Shown here one piece after another: positions 52,275 through 62,433 of a stretch of 64,000 bases of DNA. The stretch covers positions 2,151 through 66,150 of the forward strand of contig JAMCQP010000039.1 in NCBI GenBank assembly GCA_023381695.1, given 5' to 3'. Positions within the stretch are counted from its first letter, which is position 1. Every line of letters begins with the position of its first letter. A model generated the notes under the pieces. That model had not been told where the DNA came from. It worked only from the letters and a program-made list of their open reading frames with translations, and searched no databases. A program made the position numbers and the translations under genes. Source of the stretch: Bacillota bacterium (GTDB lineage Bacteria > Bacillota > UBA5301 > JAMCQP01).

Positions 52275-53012
52275 GTGTTCAACCAATTGCCCGATAAATC
52301 AAAGCGCCTGGTGATTGCCATCGATGGCCCCGCTGGAGCGGGCAAGAGCACGGTGGCGCGCATAGTGGCGGAAAAATTAGGGTACCTTTACATTGATACG
52401 GGAGCCATGTACCGGGCTTTGACGCTCAAAGCCCTCCGGGAAGGAGTTCCCCTGGATGATCCGGCCGCGCTTGCCAATCTGGCGCATCATTCCGAGATTG
52501 AGCTTATCCCTCCCGAGATGGTGTCCGGGCGATCCAGCAGCCAGCAACAAGGCGCCCAGGTATTTCTGGACGGACAGAATGTTACGGACGCCGTTCGCTC
52601 GCCGGAGGTAAATGCCGCGGTATCGCTGGTGGCACAGGTTCCGGGGGTTCGCGAGCATCTGGTTGCGCTCCAGAGGCAGATGGCTCGCAAAAAGGGCGTG
52701 GTCATGGACGGACGGGACGTTGGCACCCACGTGCTCCCCGGGGCGGACTTCAAGTTCTTCATCACCGCATCGTTGGAAGAGCGGGCCAGACGCCGCTATG
52801 TCGAGCTCAGGGAAAAAGGTTACCCGGCGGACGAGAAGGAGATCCTGGCCAACATTGTCGGCCGGGACAAGATCGACAGCCAGAGGGCGGTGGCGCCCCT
52901 TAAGATGGCCGAGGACGCCATCCCTTTTGACACCACCGGCAAGCCTGTGGAGCAGATTGTGGAAGAGATCCTCGAAGTATGCGGCATGGGGGCGGAGAAA
53001 GATGTTCTATAG
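52275..53012 (+). CDS. cmk: Cytidylate kinase
   Basis: IAIDGPAGAGKSTVA, YIDTGAMYRA, MDGRDVGT. Confidence 0.9.
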   Translation: MFNQLPDKSKRLVIAIDGPAGAGKSTVARIVAEKLGYLYIDTGAMYRALTLKALREGVPLDDPAALANLAHHSEIELIPPEMVSGRSSSQQQGAQVFLDGQNVTDAVRSPEVNAAVSLVAQVPGVREHLVALQRQMARKKGVVMDGRDVGTHVLPGADFKFFITASLEERARRRYVELREKGYPADEKEILANIVGRDKIDSQRAVAPLKMAEDAIPFDTTGKPVEQIVEEILEVCGMGAEKDVL

Positions 53013-53616
53013 GTTCGTGCGGGCGCTGATTCGTCTTCTGGCCGTAATCTTCTTTCGCTGGGAGGTCAAGGGCGCCGATCATATGCCTCGGGCCGGCGGC
53101 GCTATTCTGGCAGCCAATCATGTCAGCCTGTTGGATCCCCTCTTTGTCGGAACAACCGTGAAGAGAAAAGTACACTATATGGCCAAAGAAGAACTTTTTA
53201 AGATACCGGTTCTCGGCGGGGTGATTACCGCCCTGGGAGCCTTCCCGGTGCGAAGGGGCGCTGCGGACCGGCAGGCGATCCGCGAAGCTCTCCGGCTTCT
53301 GGAAGCCGGTGAAGTGGTGGGGATCTTTCCGGAAGGAACCCGCAGTATCGATGGCGAACTACAAAAAGCGCAGAGTGGCATCGCTTTGCTGGCCACCCGG
53401 GCAAATGTGCCGGTGGTCCCGGCATTGATTGTCGGTAGCGAAAAGGTGATGCGCAAGGGATCCCGCCTGCCGCGGCCCGCCAAGATCCGGGTCTTTATCG
53501 GGCCGCCGGTCAAGCTGACCGTGGAAGACGGCAAGGGCGCCGAAAAAGACAAACTGGAGGTGCTCAGCGTCCGGATCATGGAGGCGATCGCCACGTTGAA
53601 GAGCCAGATTGGTTGA
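53002..53616 (+). CDS. plsC: 1-acyl-sn-glycerol-3-phosphate acyltransferase
   Basis: ANHVSLLDP (HX4D) and IFPEGTRS motifs. ATG 53002 is preferred; the upstream part of the long ORF overlaps cmk out of frame. Confidence 0.85.
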   Translation: MFYRFVRALIRLLAVIFFRWEVKGADHMPRAGGAILAANHVSLLDPLFVGTTVKRKVHYMAKEELFKIPVLGGVITALGAFPVRRGAADRQAIREALRLLEAGEVVGIFPEGTRSIDGELQKAQSGIALLATRANVPVVPALIVGSEKVMRKGSRLPRPAKIRVFIGPPVKLTVEDGKGAEKDKLEVLSVRIMEAIATLKSQIG

Positions 53617-53647
53617 CCACCCGGGTGATGAGTCAAGATGGGGCGGC

Positions 53648-55807
53648 ATGTCGGGGGGAGGCGGATCTTTGGAGGTATTTGTGGCCAGGAACGCCGGTTT
53701 TTGCTTCGGGGTACGGCGGGCGATGGAATTGGCCATGCTGACTGCCGAAAATTCGGAAGGGAAAAAGGTCCATTCGGTGGGGCCGCTGATCCACAACCCG
53801 CAGGCGGTGGAAAAACTGGTCTCATTGGGGATTGGAGCCGTGGAGAGCCTTGACGGAGCGGAGCCGGAGAGCATCTACATCGTCAGAACGCACGGGCTGC
53901 CACCCTCCATTATTGAAGAGGCCCGGCGGGGTGGCATAAACATTGTGGACGGCACTTGCCCGTTTGTGGCTCGTGCGCAGCAATGGGCAGCCTCCCTGAA
54001 AGCCGACGGGTATCAGGTGATGGTGGTAGGGGATCCCGGGCATCCAGAAGTCATGGGTATCGTGGGGGCCGCAGATCATGAGGCGCTGGTTTGCCGGGCT
54101 CCGGAGGATCTGGATGGTATGGATCTTCGCCGGCGGGTAGGGGTGATCGCTCAGACCACTCAGACTTTTGAAAATTTCCGGCGATGTGTGGATATCCTAC
54201 TTGAAAAGGCTGAAGAGTTGAAGATCTTCAATACGATCTGCACCGCCACCGCCCAGCGGCAGGAGGAGGCCGTCCGGATGGCCCGGGAGTATCCGGTGAT
54301 GGTGGTGGTGGGGGGGAGAAATAGCGCTAATACTACCAATCTTGCTGAATTGTGCCGCAAAGCAGGTGCTCGCACCTACCATGTGGAAACAAAGGATGAG
54401 TTAGACCCGGCGTGGTTCAAGGGCGTCAAAAATGCGGGCGTAACCGGTGGTGCTTCCACGCCAAGCTGGATAATCGAGGGGGTTGTCAACAAGATGAACG
54501 AATTCGAAAACGAAGCTTCTGGAGTTGGGACAGAGGAGACTTCAAAAGCATCCGAGCCAACTGCCGAACCCGTAACCGAGTCTGTCGCAACCGAGTCAGC
54601 CGTGCCTGAATCCGCGGCCGAAGGCGGGAAAGATATCTATAGCGAGACCTTTCGCAATCTATCGGTGGGCCAGATCATAAAGGCCAAAGTCGTCCAGGTG
54701 CAAAGCGAAGAGGTGCTCGTGGACATCGGTTACAAGTCGGAGGGGGTTATCCCCCTGGCGGAACTCAAAGACCCCTCACCGGCCGCTCCTTCTGACGCCG
54801 TTTCCGTGGGCGACGAGATCACCGTCTACGTGGTGAAGCTTGATGACGGCGAAGGCAATGTGGTGCTTTCCAAACGACGGGCGGATGCTCACCAGGCCTG
54901 GGAATACCTTCGCGAGGCAAAGGCGAAGAACGAGACCATTGAAGCCACCGTGCGGGAACGAACCAAGGGCGGATTGCTGGTGGATCTGGGGGTTCGCGGT
55001 TTTGTGCCGGCCTCCCATGCCTCCCGGGAATATGTGGAGGACCTCGGCGTTTTGGTGGGCAAAAAGCTGCCTTTCAAAATCATTGAACTGGATGAGGGGC
55101 GGCGCAACATTGTCCTCTCCCACAAGCTGGTGGAAGAGGAAGAGTACCAGGAGACCAAGAAGGAGACCTTTGCCGGCCTGCAGGAAGGCGCCGTCCTGGA
55201 GGGGGTGGTGAAACGCCTCGCCAATTTTGGCGCTTTCGTGGATATCGGCCACGGCGTGGAAGGACTGTTGCACGTCTCCGAGATTGCCTGGAGCAGGGTA
55301 AAACAACCCTCGGATATTCTTTCCATCGGGCAAAAGATCCAGGTAAAGGTGATTGGCGTTGATCGGGAGAATGAAAGGATCTCGCTGAGCCTCAAACAGG
55401 CGATGCCGGACCCCTGGTCGACGGTGGGCGAAAAGTTTCAGACCGGACAGATTGTCCATGGCGAGGTAACGAGGGTGGTGGACTTCGGCGCCTTCGTGCG
55501 GATTGCGGATGGCCTGGAAGGGTTGGTCCACGTCTCGCAGTTGGCTGACAGGCATGTGGCCAAACCTTCCGACGTGGTAAACGTGGGGGAGCCGGTGGAG
55601 GCCAAGATCCTGAATATCGACCCGGCCGCCCACAGAATCAGCCTGAGCATCAAAGAGGCGCATGGCGCTGCTTCTCCGGAGGCAAAGCCGGAGAAGGATG
55701 TGGGAGAAGGGATGGTTACCGAGGTAGCGGCTCCCAATGACCATAATTTTACCTCACTGGGGGAGATCGCCGGCAACATCGAATTGCCCAAATCCGACCG
55801 CGAGTAG
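53648..55807 (+). CDS. ispH: 4-hydroxy-3-methylbut-2-enyl diphosphate reductase fused to four S1 RNA-binding domains (IspH::RpsA-like)
   Basis: FCFGVRRAM, GPLIHNP, CPFV in the N-terminal ~290 aa. An acidic linker follows, then repeated S1 modules (G.V....FGAFVD...GL.H.SE). Confidence 0.85.
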   Translation: MSGGGGSLEVFVARNAGFCFGVRRAMELAMLTAENSEGKKVHSVGPLIHNPQAVEKLVSLGIGAVESLDGAEPESIYIVRTHGLPPSIIEEARRGGINIVDGTCPFVARAQQWAASLKADGYQVMVVGDPGHPEVMGIVGAADHEALVCRAPEDLDGMDLRRRVGVIAQTTQTFENFRRCVDILLEKAEELKIFNTICTATAQRQEEAVRMAREYPVMVVVGGRNSANTTNLAELCRKAGARTYHVETKDELDPAWFKGVKNAGVTGGASTPSWIIEGVVNKMNEFENEASGVGTEETSKASEPTAEPVTESVATESAVPESAAEGGKDIYSETFRNLSVGQIIKAKVVQVQSEEVLVDIGYKSEGVIPLAELKDPSPAAPSDAVSVGDEITVYVVKLDDGEGNVVLSKRRADAHQAWEYLREAKAKNETIEATVRERTKGGLLVDLGVRGFVPASHASREYVEDLGVLVGKKLPFKIIELDEGRRNIVLSHKLVEEEEYQETKKETFAGLQEGAVLEGVVKRLANFGAFVDIGHGVEGLLHVSEIAWSRVKQPSDILSIGQKIQVKVIGVDRENERISLSLKQAMPDPWSTVGEKFQTGQIVHGEVTRVVDFGAFVRIADGLEGLVHVSQLADRHVAKPSDVVNVGEPVEAKILNIDPAAHRISLSIKEAHGAASPEAKPEKDVGEGMVTEVAAPNDHNFTSLGEIAGNIELPKSDRE

Positions 55808-55839
55808 CATCTCTGATCAAGAGATTTATCAAGAGATTG

Positions 55840-55887
55840 GCCGCCGGGGAAATTCCAGGTGATCATGGAATTTTCCGGTGGCTTTTT
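55840..55887 (+). terminator. Rho-independent terminator after ispH::S1
   Basis: Long stem GCCGCCGGGGAAATTCCA...TGGAATTTTCCGGTGGC followed by TTTTT. Confidence 0.7.
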
Positions 55888-55965
55888 CCTTTCCCTCATC
55901 CGTTGTATAATCGCCGGCGGCGGAGGGTAAGATAACCGCGAATTGGAGCCGGTGGAGGTGTCAGG

Positions 55966-56718
55966 ATGTCGTCCGGATTGATCCTGCTGCTGGTGACCGC
56001 GGCGCTGGTCTACTTCGGGGTGGCCCAGAGGGTTCTGGATCGGATGCGGTTAACCGACAGACAAGCCCTGTTGTTTATCGCGCTGATCATTTTGGGCAGT
56101 TTCTTTGATATCCCTCTCACCCGCGGAGGGGCCGTGACCATAAATATCGGCGGGGCGATAATTCCCATGGCCCTGGCCGTCTGGTTGATCGCCACCGCCG
56201 ACACCGGGCGGGAGAAGTTGAGGGCCGTTGCGGCCTCGGCCGCCACCGGAGCGGTGCTGTACGGGGCGATAAAAGTCCTGCAGTTTGAAGAGATGCACAC
56301 GGTGATCGATCCCATCTATATCTTTGGCATTGTGGGTGGACTGGTGGCATATGTGATGGGGCGCTCAAGGCGTTCCGCATTTATCGCGGGCATCTTCGGG
56401 GTGGTCCTGGTGGATGTCGCTCACCTGGTTGAGGTGGCTGTCCTCCGCATCCCCGGCGGCGCAGCCATCGGCGGCGCCGGAGCCCTGGACACCACTGTTC
56501 TGTCCGGCCTGGTGGCCGTCAGCCTGGCGGAGATCATCGGGGAAACCAGGGAGAGAATCCAGGGTGGACCGGAGCAGGGAGAAGACCGCCCGGAAGGCCT
56601 GAAAAACGCAGACTTCACAGTCCCCGCCGGCAACCCGGACGAGGCGGCGGAGGACGCCGGGGAGATGCACGAGGTTCCAAGCGGAGATGGGGAGAAGGGC
56701 CAGGATCAGAATGGGTGA
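55966..56718 (+). CDS. Integral membrane protein (possibly DUF1614 family)
   Basis: 250 aa, several TM helices, acidic C-terminal tail, GGAGGTG SD. Confidence 0.45.
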   Translation: MSSGLILLLVTAALVYFGVAQRVLDRMRLTDRQALLFIALIILGSFFDIPLTRGGAVTINIGGAIIPMALAVWLIATADTGREKLRAVAASAATGAVLYGAIKVLQFEEMHTVIDPIYIFGIVGGLVAYVMGRSRRSAFIAGIFGVVLVDVAHLVEVAVLRIPGGAAIGGAGALDTTVLSGLVAVSLAEIIGETRERIQGGPEQGEDRPEGLKNADFTVPAGNPDEAAEDAGEMHEVPSGDGEKGQDQNG

Positions 56719-58036
56719 GGTGAAAGGCGTGAACTGCTCCAGTGCAAGGTTGCTGCTGATCTTGACAGTTATCGGGATCACCATGGGAATCATCTGCCCC
56801 GTTCCAACCCCGGTTCTGGCCAAAACCGCGGAAGAGGAGGCGGCCGATGGTTATTACTCCTTCGTTACCAATTCCAACGAGGTGGTCTTTGTCACCTCGT
56901 TGAAGGTGACCGTGGGCGACCAGTTCATCGCCGAGGACAACAAGCAATACACGGTTACCAGCCTCCAGGGCAAGATCGCCCACGTCAAATTTGATGGGAA
57001 GCTGGACCTGTCCGGGTACTTGCCGCCGGAGAAGGGGATCCTGGCCGCAACCTGGGAGAAATTCCTGGCGGCGCTCTTCCCGTCAAAGACCGGCACCGCC
57101 GGCAAACAGACCATCGCCATCTACCACACCCACAGCGATGAATCTTACGTGCCCACCAGCGGCGTCTCCAGCAAGCCCTGGGGTGACATCTACAAGGTGG
57201 GCAGGGTCCTCAAGGATACCCTGCAAAAAGAAGGATATAACGCCATTCAGTCCCTCGCCAACCACAACCCGCACGATGGGGCGGCCTATGAACGCTCCCG
57301 GCGGACCGTGATGAAACTGTTACGCGACCGGCCGGTCACCCTCTTTGACGTCCACCGGGATGCGGTGCCCGCCAAATTTTATACCGACACCATCTCCAAT
57401 ACACCCGTAGTCAAGATTACCCTGGTGGTCGGCCGGGAGAACCAGAACCGGTCGACGATTCTCGAGTATGCCAAGACCATCAAGGCCCAGACCGATCAGA
57501 AGGTCCCGCGGCTGATCAAGGGGATCTTCAACGCGGCAGGCGATTATAATCAGGATGTCCTCCCGCGGGCATTGCTTCTGGAGTTTGGTTCACACCTCAC
57601 CAGCCTCGAACGGGCCGATAACGCCGCCAAATTCTTTGCGAGAATCATGCCCGGCGTGCTGGCCAGCGCCGGTATCAAGCCGCCGGCCGGGCAACGGGTG
57701 ACGGTGAGATCCGCCAGGGAGGCCGGCAGTCTGGGCGCCAGGGAAACTTCCGCGGCCACAAGGACCGCTCTGATCCTGGTGGTGATTGCCGTGGCGCTGG
57801 CGGCCCTCTTCCTGATCCTCAATGCCGGGAGCTGGGAGGAACTGCGCAGCCAGCTGGCCAAATTCTTCGGCCGGGAGTTTACAAACGCCATGGGGGCCAG
57901 GCCGCCCGAGCCGGAAAAGAAACAGGATCTGGAAGAGAAGCCGGCTGTGGAAATCAAGGTTGAATCCAGGGTTGAACCCAAAGATCGCCAGGAAGACAGC
58001 GAACAAGGCCACGGAGGTTCGGACCAATCCGAATGA
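56711..58036 (+). CDS. spoIIP: Stage II sporulation protein P with extra C-terminal TM segment and charged tail
   Basis: IAIYHTHSDESY, LFDVHRDA, VVGREN, LLEFGSH motifs of SpoIIP. The start is uncertain (56687/56711/56729). Confidence 0.8.
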   Translation: MGEVKGVNCSSARLLLILTVIGITMGIICPVPTPVLAKTAEEEAADGYYSFVTNSNEVVFVTSLKVTVGDQFIAEDNKQYTVTSLQGKIAHVKFDGKLDLSGYLPPEKGILAATWEKFLAALFPSKTGTAGKQTIAIYHTHSDESYVPTSGVSSKPWGDIYKVGRVLKDTLQKEGYNAIQSLANHNPHDGAAYERSRRTVMKLLRDRPVTLFDVHRDAVPAKFYTDTISNTPVVKITLVVGRENQNRSTILEYAKTIKAQTDQKVPRLIKGIFNAAGDYNQDVLPRALLLEFGSHLTSLERADNAAKFFARIMPGVLASAGIKPPAGQRVTVRSAREAGSLGARETSAATRTALILVVIAVALAALFLILNAGSWEELRSQLAKFFGREFTNAMGARPPEPEKKQDLEEKPAVEIKVESRVEPKDRQEDSEQGHGGSDQSE

Positions 58037-58545
58037 TGATCGTTTACCATTGTTACGGTGGCACCCATTCCTCTCCCGTAGCCGCCGCCATCCATCTGGG
58101 CTTTCTTGATCCCCACCGGTTACCCCAACCACGGCAGCTCGTTGAGCTGCCGTTTTATGACCGCATCTCCCCGAGCGGATATGGCGCTTTGCGGTATATG
58201 GGACAGGATGCGGCCAAAAATCAGATCTATGTAATGGGCGTCGGCTACCATCGCGATTTAATGAGGAGGTTGGTGCCGAAAGTTGCGGGAATCCTGGGCG
58301 GGAATCCCGATCACCTGCTTTTAGTCGACGTATACCCTCATGTCAACTGGTATATGAAAGTGGGGGGGTTCATCTCACGCCGGTTGGGCCTGGTCGCCAT
58401 CGGCCGTCCTCTGGTAATCCTGGGAACCCGGCGCGCCTATCCAAAGCTGGCGGAAGCGGTAAAAGAGGTATGGAGAAATCTGGCGCGCAACACCGTCTCC
58501 CGGCTGCCGGAGAAAGTCCAGGTGAAACGGGGTTTAATGGATTGA
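58033..58545 (+). CDS. DUF3189-family protein, copy 1
   Basis: MMIVYHCYGGTHSSPVAAAIHLGFL N-terminus. Confidence 0.5.
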   Translation: MMIVYHCYGGTHSSPVAAAIHLGFLDPHRLPQPRQLVELPFYDRISPSGYGALRYMGQDAAKNQIYVMGVGYHRDLMRRLVPKVAGILGGNPDHLLLVDVYPHVNWYMKVGGFISRRLGLVAIGRPLVILGTRRAYPKLAEAVKEVWRNLARNTVSRLPEKVQVKRGLMD

Positions 58546-59039
58546 AGAAGATCATCTACCATTGCTACGGAAGCTCCCATTCATCCGTCACCGCCGCGGC
58601 CATTCATCTGGGAATGTTGCCGAGAAACCGGCTCCCGACTTCGGGGGAACTGCTTTCCATCCCTCATTTTGATCGGACCACCTCCAGGGAAGTGGGCACG
58701 CCTTTCTTCATGGGAACCGATCACTGGGGCAACGAGGTCTACATCCTTGGACGGGGCCGCGCCAAAAAGTTCATGAAAAACGCCGTGAAAAGCCTTTGCC
58801 GGATCCATGGGTTTCCGGAGGAAGATCTATTGTTGGTGGACGCCCTCTCCATTTTAAACACCACCACCGTGGTGGGGGGCACCTTATCCCGGGGGTTGGG
58901 GTTGGTGAGTCTGGGGCGTCCCATTGCTGCGTTGGGCATCCGCCTCTCCTACTTCAATTTTGTGCGGTTGGTGGAAAAGATCGAGAGGTCCGTCCGCAAA
59001 GAAAAGGAGGAGATCGACTCGCCAAAAGAGAATAAGTAG
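58542..59039 (+). CDS. DUF3189-family protein, copy 2
   Basis: LKKIIYHCYGSSHSSVTAAAIHLGML. TTG 58542 overlaps the stop of copy 1 (TTGA). Confidence 0.5.
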   Translation: MKKIIYHCYGSSHSSVTAAAIHLGMLPRNRLPTSGELLSIPHFDRTTSREVGTPFFMGTDHWGNEVYILGRGRAKKFMKNAVKSLCRIHGFPEEDLLLVDALSILNTTTVVGGTLSRGLGLVSLGRPIAALGIRLSYFNFVRLVEKIERSVRKEKEEIDSPKENK

Positions 59040-59064
59040 CAGGCCAAAAGGCAGGTGGTTTGCT

Positions 59065-60405
59065 GTGACGGCTCGAGACCCGGACACCGGCGTGGAGATC
59101 AAAGGGGTGGCGGGAGGCAGTATCGCCGAGGAGCTCGGATTGGCCCCGGGAGATAGGCTGCTGGCCATCAACGGGCAGCCGGTGGAAGATCTGATTGACT
59201 ACAAGTTTCTCTCTTCCGATGAGGAAATAACGCTCTCCGTCCGCAAAGCCGACGGGAAGCCATGGTCTTTCGATATCGAGAAGGACTATGACGCCGACCT
59301 CGGCCTGTCCTTTGACGAGGTGGTCTTTGGGGGAATCCGGCGTTGCGCCAACCGCTGTCTGTTCTGCTTCGTCGACCAGATGCCGGCCGGGATGCGCTCT
59401 TCCCTGTATGTCAAAGACGATGACTACCGCCTCTCCTTCTGGCAGGGAAACTTCGTCACCCTTACGAATCTCACGGATCAGGATCTGGACCGGATCCGGC
59501 GGCTTCGTCTGAGCCCGCTTTATGTCTCCATTCACACCACCGATCCCCGGTTGCGGGCCGGTCTGTTAAGAAATCCCCGGGCCAGAGGGCTGATGGAACA
59601 ATTGTCCGCGCTTGGCAAGGCCGGAATCCAGATCCATGCCCAGATCGTGCTCTGCCCGGGCTTCAACGACGGCCCCGCCCTGGAGAGGACGGTCCATGAT
59701 CTGGCCGCAATCTGGCCGCAAGTCCAATCCGTGGCCGTGGTACCCGTGGGCCTGACCGGTCACCGGGAGGGGCTGGCTCCTTTGCGAAGCTTGACCGGGG
59801 AAGAGGCTTCCGCGCTCTTGACCAGGCTGGCCGGATGGCGGAAGGAATTTCAAAAGAGACTGGGGACCCGTTTCGTCTACGCTTCGGATGAGATCTACCT
59901 GACCAGCGGCGCCCCGATTCCTCCCCGGGAGGCTTATGAGGAGCTTCCCCAGACGGAGAACGGCGTCGGCCTGGCAAGACTTTTCCTGGATGATTTTAAC
60001 GCGGCGATGGATTCCTTTCCGAAGAGATTGGCCGTCCCGCGGAAGTTTCTTCTGGTCACGGGGGTGCTGGGCGAAAAGGTCATAAACTCCCTGGTGGCCC
60101 GGCTGAACCAGGCCGAAAACCTGGCGATTGACCTCTGTGTCGTCGAAAATCGCTTCTTTGGGGGCGGGGTCACCGTTACAGGTCTTTTGACCGGCGCCGA
60201 TATGATCCGTGGTGTAAATGATCATCTTCGCCGTCGCCCTTCCGGGTTTGACGCGGTCCTGGTTCCGGAAATTATCTTTCGCAGCGGCGGGGGAATAACC
60301 CTGGACGATTTTACGCCGCAGGCCCTGGAAGATGCCGTCGGGTTACCGGTAAGGGTAGCCCCCATGCAACCCGAGGAGTTCCTCGATCTTCTGGCAACCG
60401 AGTAG
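59065..60405 (+). CDS. PDZ-domain / radical-SAM-like DUF512 protein
   Basis: PDZ (GSIAEELGLAPGDRLLAINGQPV), CANRCLFCFVDQ, SIHTTDP. Conserved position upstream of der. GTG 59065 is preferred. Confidence 0.7.
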   Translation: MTARDPDTGVEIKGVAGGSIAEELGLAPGDRLLAINGQPVEDLIDYKFLSSDEEITLSVRKADGKPWSFDIEKDYDADLGLSFDEVVFGGIRRCANRCLFCFVDQMPAGMRSSLYVKDDDYRLSFWQGNFVTLTNLTDQDLDRIRRLRLSPLYVSIHTTDPRLRAGLLRNPRARGLMEQLSALGKAGIQIHAQIVLCPGFNDGPALERTVHDLAAIWPQVQSVAVVPVGLTGHREGLAPLRSLTGEEASALLTRLAGWRKEFQKRLGTRFVYASDEIYLTSGAPIPPREAYEELPQTENGVGLARLFLDDFNAAMDSFPKRLAVPRKFLLVTGVLGEKVINSLVARLNQAENLAIDLCVVENRFFGGGVTVTGLLTGADMIRGVNDHLRRRPSGFDAVLVPEIIFRSGGGITLDDFTPQALEDAVGLPVRVAPMQPEEFLDLLATE

Positions 60406-60417
60406 GAGGCGATTCAT

Positions 60418-61734
60418 GTGCGAAAGCCACTGGTAGCCATCGTGGGCCGCCCCAATGTGGGAAAGTCGACCCTTTTCAACTGTATTGCCAGGGCCCGGAT
60501 CTCAATCGTTGAAGGAACCCCCGGTGTAACGCGCGACCGGATCTACGCCGACTGCGAGTGGCTCAGCAGGGAATTCACGCTGATCGACACCGGCGGCATT
60601 GAGATGGATGCCACGGAGGACATCGCGGCCCAGACCCGCCATCAGGCGGAGATCGCCATTGCCGAAGCCGACGTGATCTTGCTTGTCGTCGACGGCAGGC
60701 AGGGGCTGGTGCCCGCGGATCAGGAGGTGGCCGATCTCTTGCGGCGGGCCCGCAAACCGGTGATTGTCGTGGTAAATAAGGTCGAGGATCGGAGCGGGGA
60801 AGAGGCGGTCGCCGAATTTTACGCCCTGGGCCTCGGCGATTTGCAGGCCGTCTCCGCGGCTCACAGCCTGCAGATCGGGGATCTATTGGACAAGGTCATC
60901 GCCCATTTTCCCAAAGAACCAGGCCAGGATTACGACGAAGCGGTAATCAAGGTAGCGGTGATCGGCAGGCCCAATGTCGGGAAGTCATCGCTGGTCAACG
61001 CCATTTTAGGGGAGGAGCGGGTGATTGTCAGCGACATTCCCGGAACCACCCGCGACGCCATCGACACCTTCTTCACCCGCGGCGATCGATCTTTTGTGAT
61101 CATCGACACCGCGGGGATGCGGCGAAAAGGGAACATCTCCGACCCTCTGGAGCGTTACAGCGTCTTGCGGGCTCTACGGGCGGTTGACCGCTGTGACGTC
61201 GCCCTGCTGTTAATCGACGCCACTTCGGGTGTCACGGAGCAGGACACCAAAATCGCCGGTTACGCCCACGAAGCCGGACGCGGGATCGTGATTGCGGTAA
61301 ACAAGTGGGATCTGATCCCCAAGGACGAGAAGACCATGCAAAGTTATCAGGCAAAAGTGCGGCAGCAACTGGCCTTCCTGGATTACGCCCCGATCACTTT
61401 CGTCTCGGCGTTGACCGGAAAGCGGGTGCAGGAGGTGGTAGATCTCCTCGAGTTCACCGCCGAACAGCACGCCGCCAGGATCCCCACCGCAAATCTCAAC
61501 GAAGTGCTCGAGGCGGCGATGGCGGCCAACGAACCGCCCACCGACAAGGGGAAACGGCTGAAGATCTTTTACATAACCCAGGTGGGGGTCAAACCGCCCG
61601 CCTTTGCCATTTTTGTGAACACCCCATCTCTTCTCCACTTCTCTTACCGGCGGTTTCTGGAGAATAAACTCCGGGCGGCCTACGGATTTCAGGGAACGCC
61701 CCTGATCTTTCACGTCCGGGAAAGGGAGGGATGA
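60418..61734 (+). CDS. der: Ribosome-associated GTPase Der (EngA), two G domains + KH-like domain
   Basis: GRPNVGKST twice, DTGG / DTAG, NKVE / NKWD. Confidence 0.95.
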   Translation: MRKPLVAIVGRPNVGKSTLFNCIARARISIVEGTPGVTRDRIYADCEWLSREFTLIDTGGIEMDATEDIAAQTRHQAEIAIAEADVILLVVDGRQGLVPADQEVADLLRRARKPVIVVVNKVEDRSGEEAVAEFYALGLGDLQAVSAAHSLQIGDLLDKVIAHFPKEPGQDYDEAVIKVAVIGRPNVGKSSLVNAILGEERVIVSDIPGTTRDAIDTFFTRGDRSFVIIDTAGMRRKGNISDPLERYSVLRALRAVDRCDVALLLIDATSGVTEQDTKIAGYAHEAGRGIVIAVNKWDLIPKDEKTMQSYQAKVRQQLAFLDYAPITFVSALTGKRVQEVVDLLEFTAEQHAARIPTANLNEVLEAAMAANEPPTDKGKRLKIFYITQVGVKPPAFAIFVNTPSLLHFSYRRFLENKLRAAYGFQGTPLIFHVREREG

Positions 61735-61737
61735 CGG

Positions 61738-62379
61738 GTGCCAGCGTGGCTTCTGGTAGTGTGGCCTTTGGTTGCGGTGGGGGCAAGTTATCTCCTGGGC
61801 AATGTCCCCTTTGGGCTTCTGGTTGGAAAACTTTTCTACAAGATCGACGTGCGGCGCTATGGAAGCGGCAATATCGGGGCCACCAACATCTTCCGCACCC
61901 TGGGACCCGGCCCGGCGCTCGTGGTGTTGATCGGCGACGCCGGAAAAGGCGCCCTGGCGGTTCTCCTGGGGTGGCTGGCCGGCCGGGGAAGCCCGGAGTG
62001 GATGTTTCTGGCCGGAATCGCCGCCATCTCAGGGCACAACTGGCCGGCGGTGCTGGGCTTCAAGGGCGGCCGGGGGATTGCCACCTCCCTGGGAGTAATC
62101 GCCACCCTGATGCCGCAGGTCACCCTGATTATTGTGGGGATCTGGCTGATGGTGCTGGCTTTCAGCCGGTATGTTTCTCTGGCCTCCATCTCCGCGGCGG
62201 TTGCCTTGCCGGTAACTCTGCTCTTTTTCCCCCAGCCCGGGATCTATGCGTTGGGCAGCCTGATCCTTTCCGCGTTTGCGCTCTACCGGCACATTCCCAA
62301 TATGAAACGCCTCATGGCGGGCAAGGAGTTCAAGATCGGCCAGAAGGTCTCCGCCGAAGACAAAGATCGTGAACCATGA
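61738..62379 (+). CDS. plsY: Glycerol-3-phosphate acyltransferase PlsY
   Basis: GSGNIGATN, DAGKG, GHNWP..LGFKGGRG motifs. Confidence 0.9.
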   Translation: MPAWLLVVWPLVAVGASYLLGNVPFGLLVGKLFYKIDVRRYGSGNIGATNIFRTLGPGPALVVLIGDAGKGALAVLLGWLAGRGSPEWMFLAGIAAISGHNWPAVLGFKGGRGIATSLGVIATLMPQVTLIIVGIWLMVLAFSRYVSLASISAAVALPVTLLFFPQPGIYALGSLILSAFALYRHIPNMKRLMAGKEFKIGQKVSAEDKDREP

Positions 62380-62433
62380 TGGGTTACCGCCTGAGGGTAT
62401 TTTTTCTGTATTCTTTAAAGCTCAAAGGAGGCA

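Noticed and set aside
52612-53001. N-terminal 130 codons of the long plsC ORF
   Set aside because: This stretch overlaps cmk in another frame and is Arg/Trp-rich. The acyltransferase homology begins at ATG 53002.
58924-59064. N-terminal 47 codons of the DUF512 ORF
   Set aside because: This stretch overlaps the second DUF3189 gene and is Arg/Lys/Ser-rich. GTG 59065 precedes the PDZ domain.
61731-62372. 213-aa ORF in an alternative plus frame over plsY
   Set aside because: The 61738 frame carries the PlsY motifs (GSGNIGATN, GHNWP). The other frame is Arg/Gly-rich noise.
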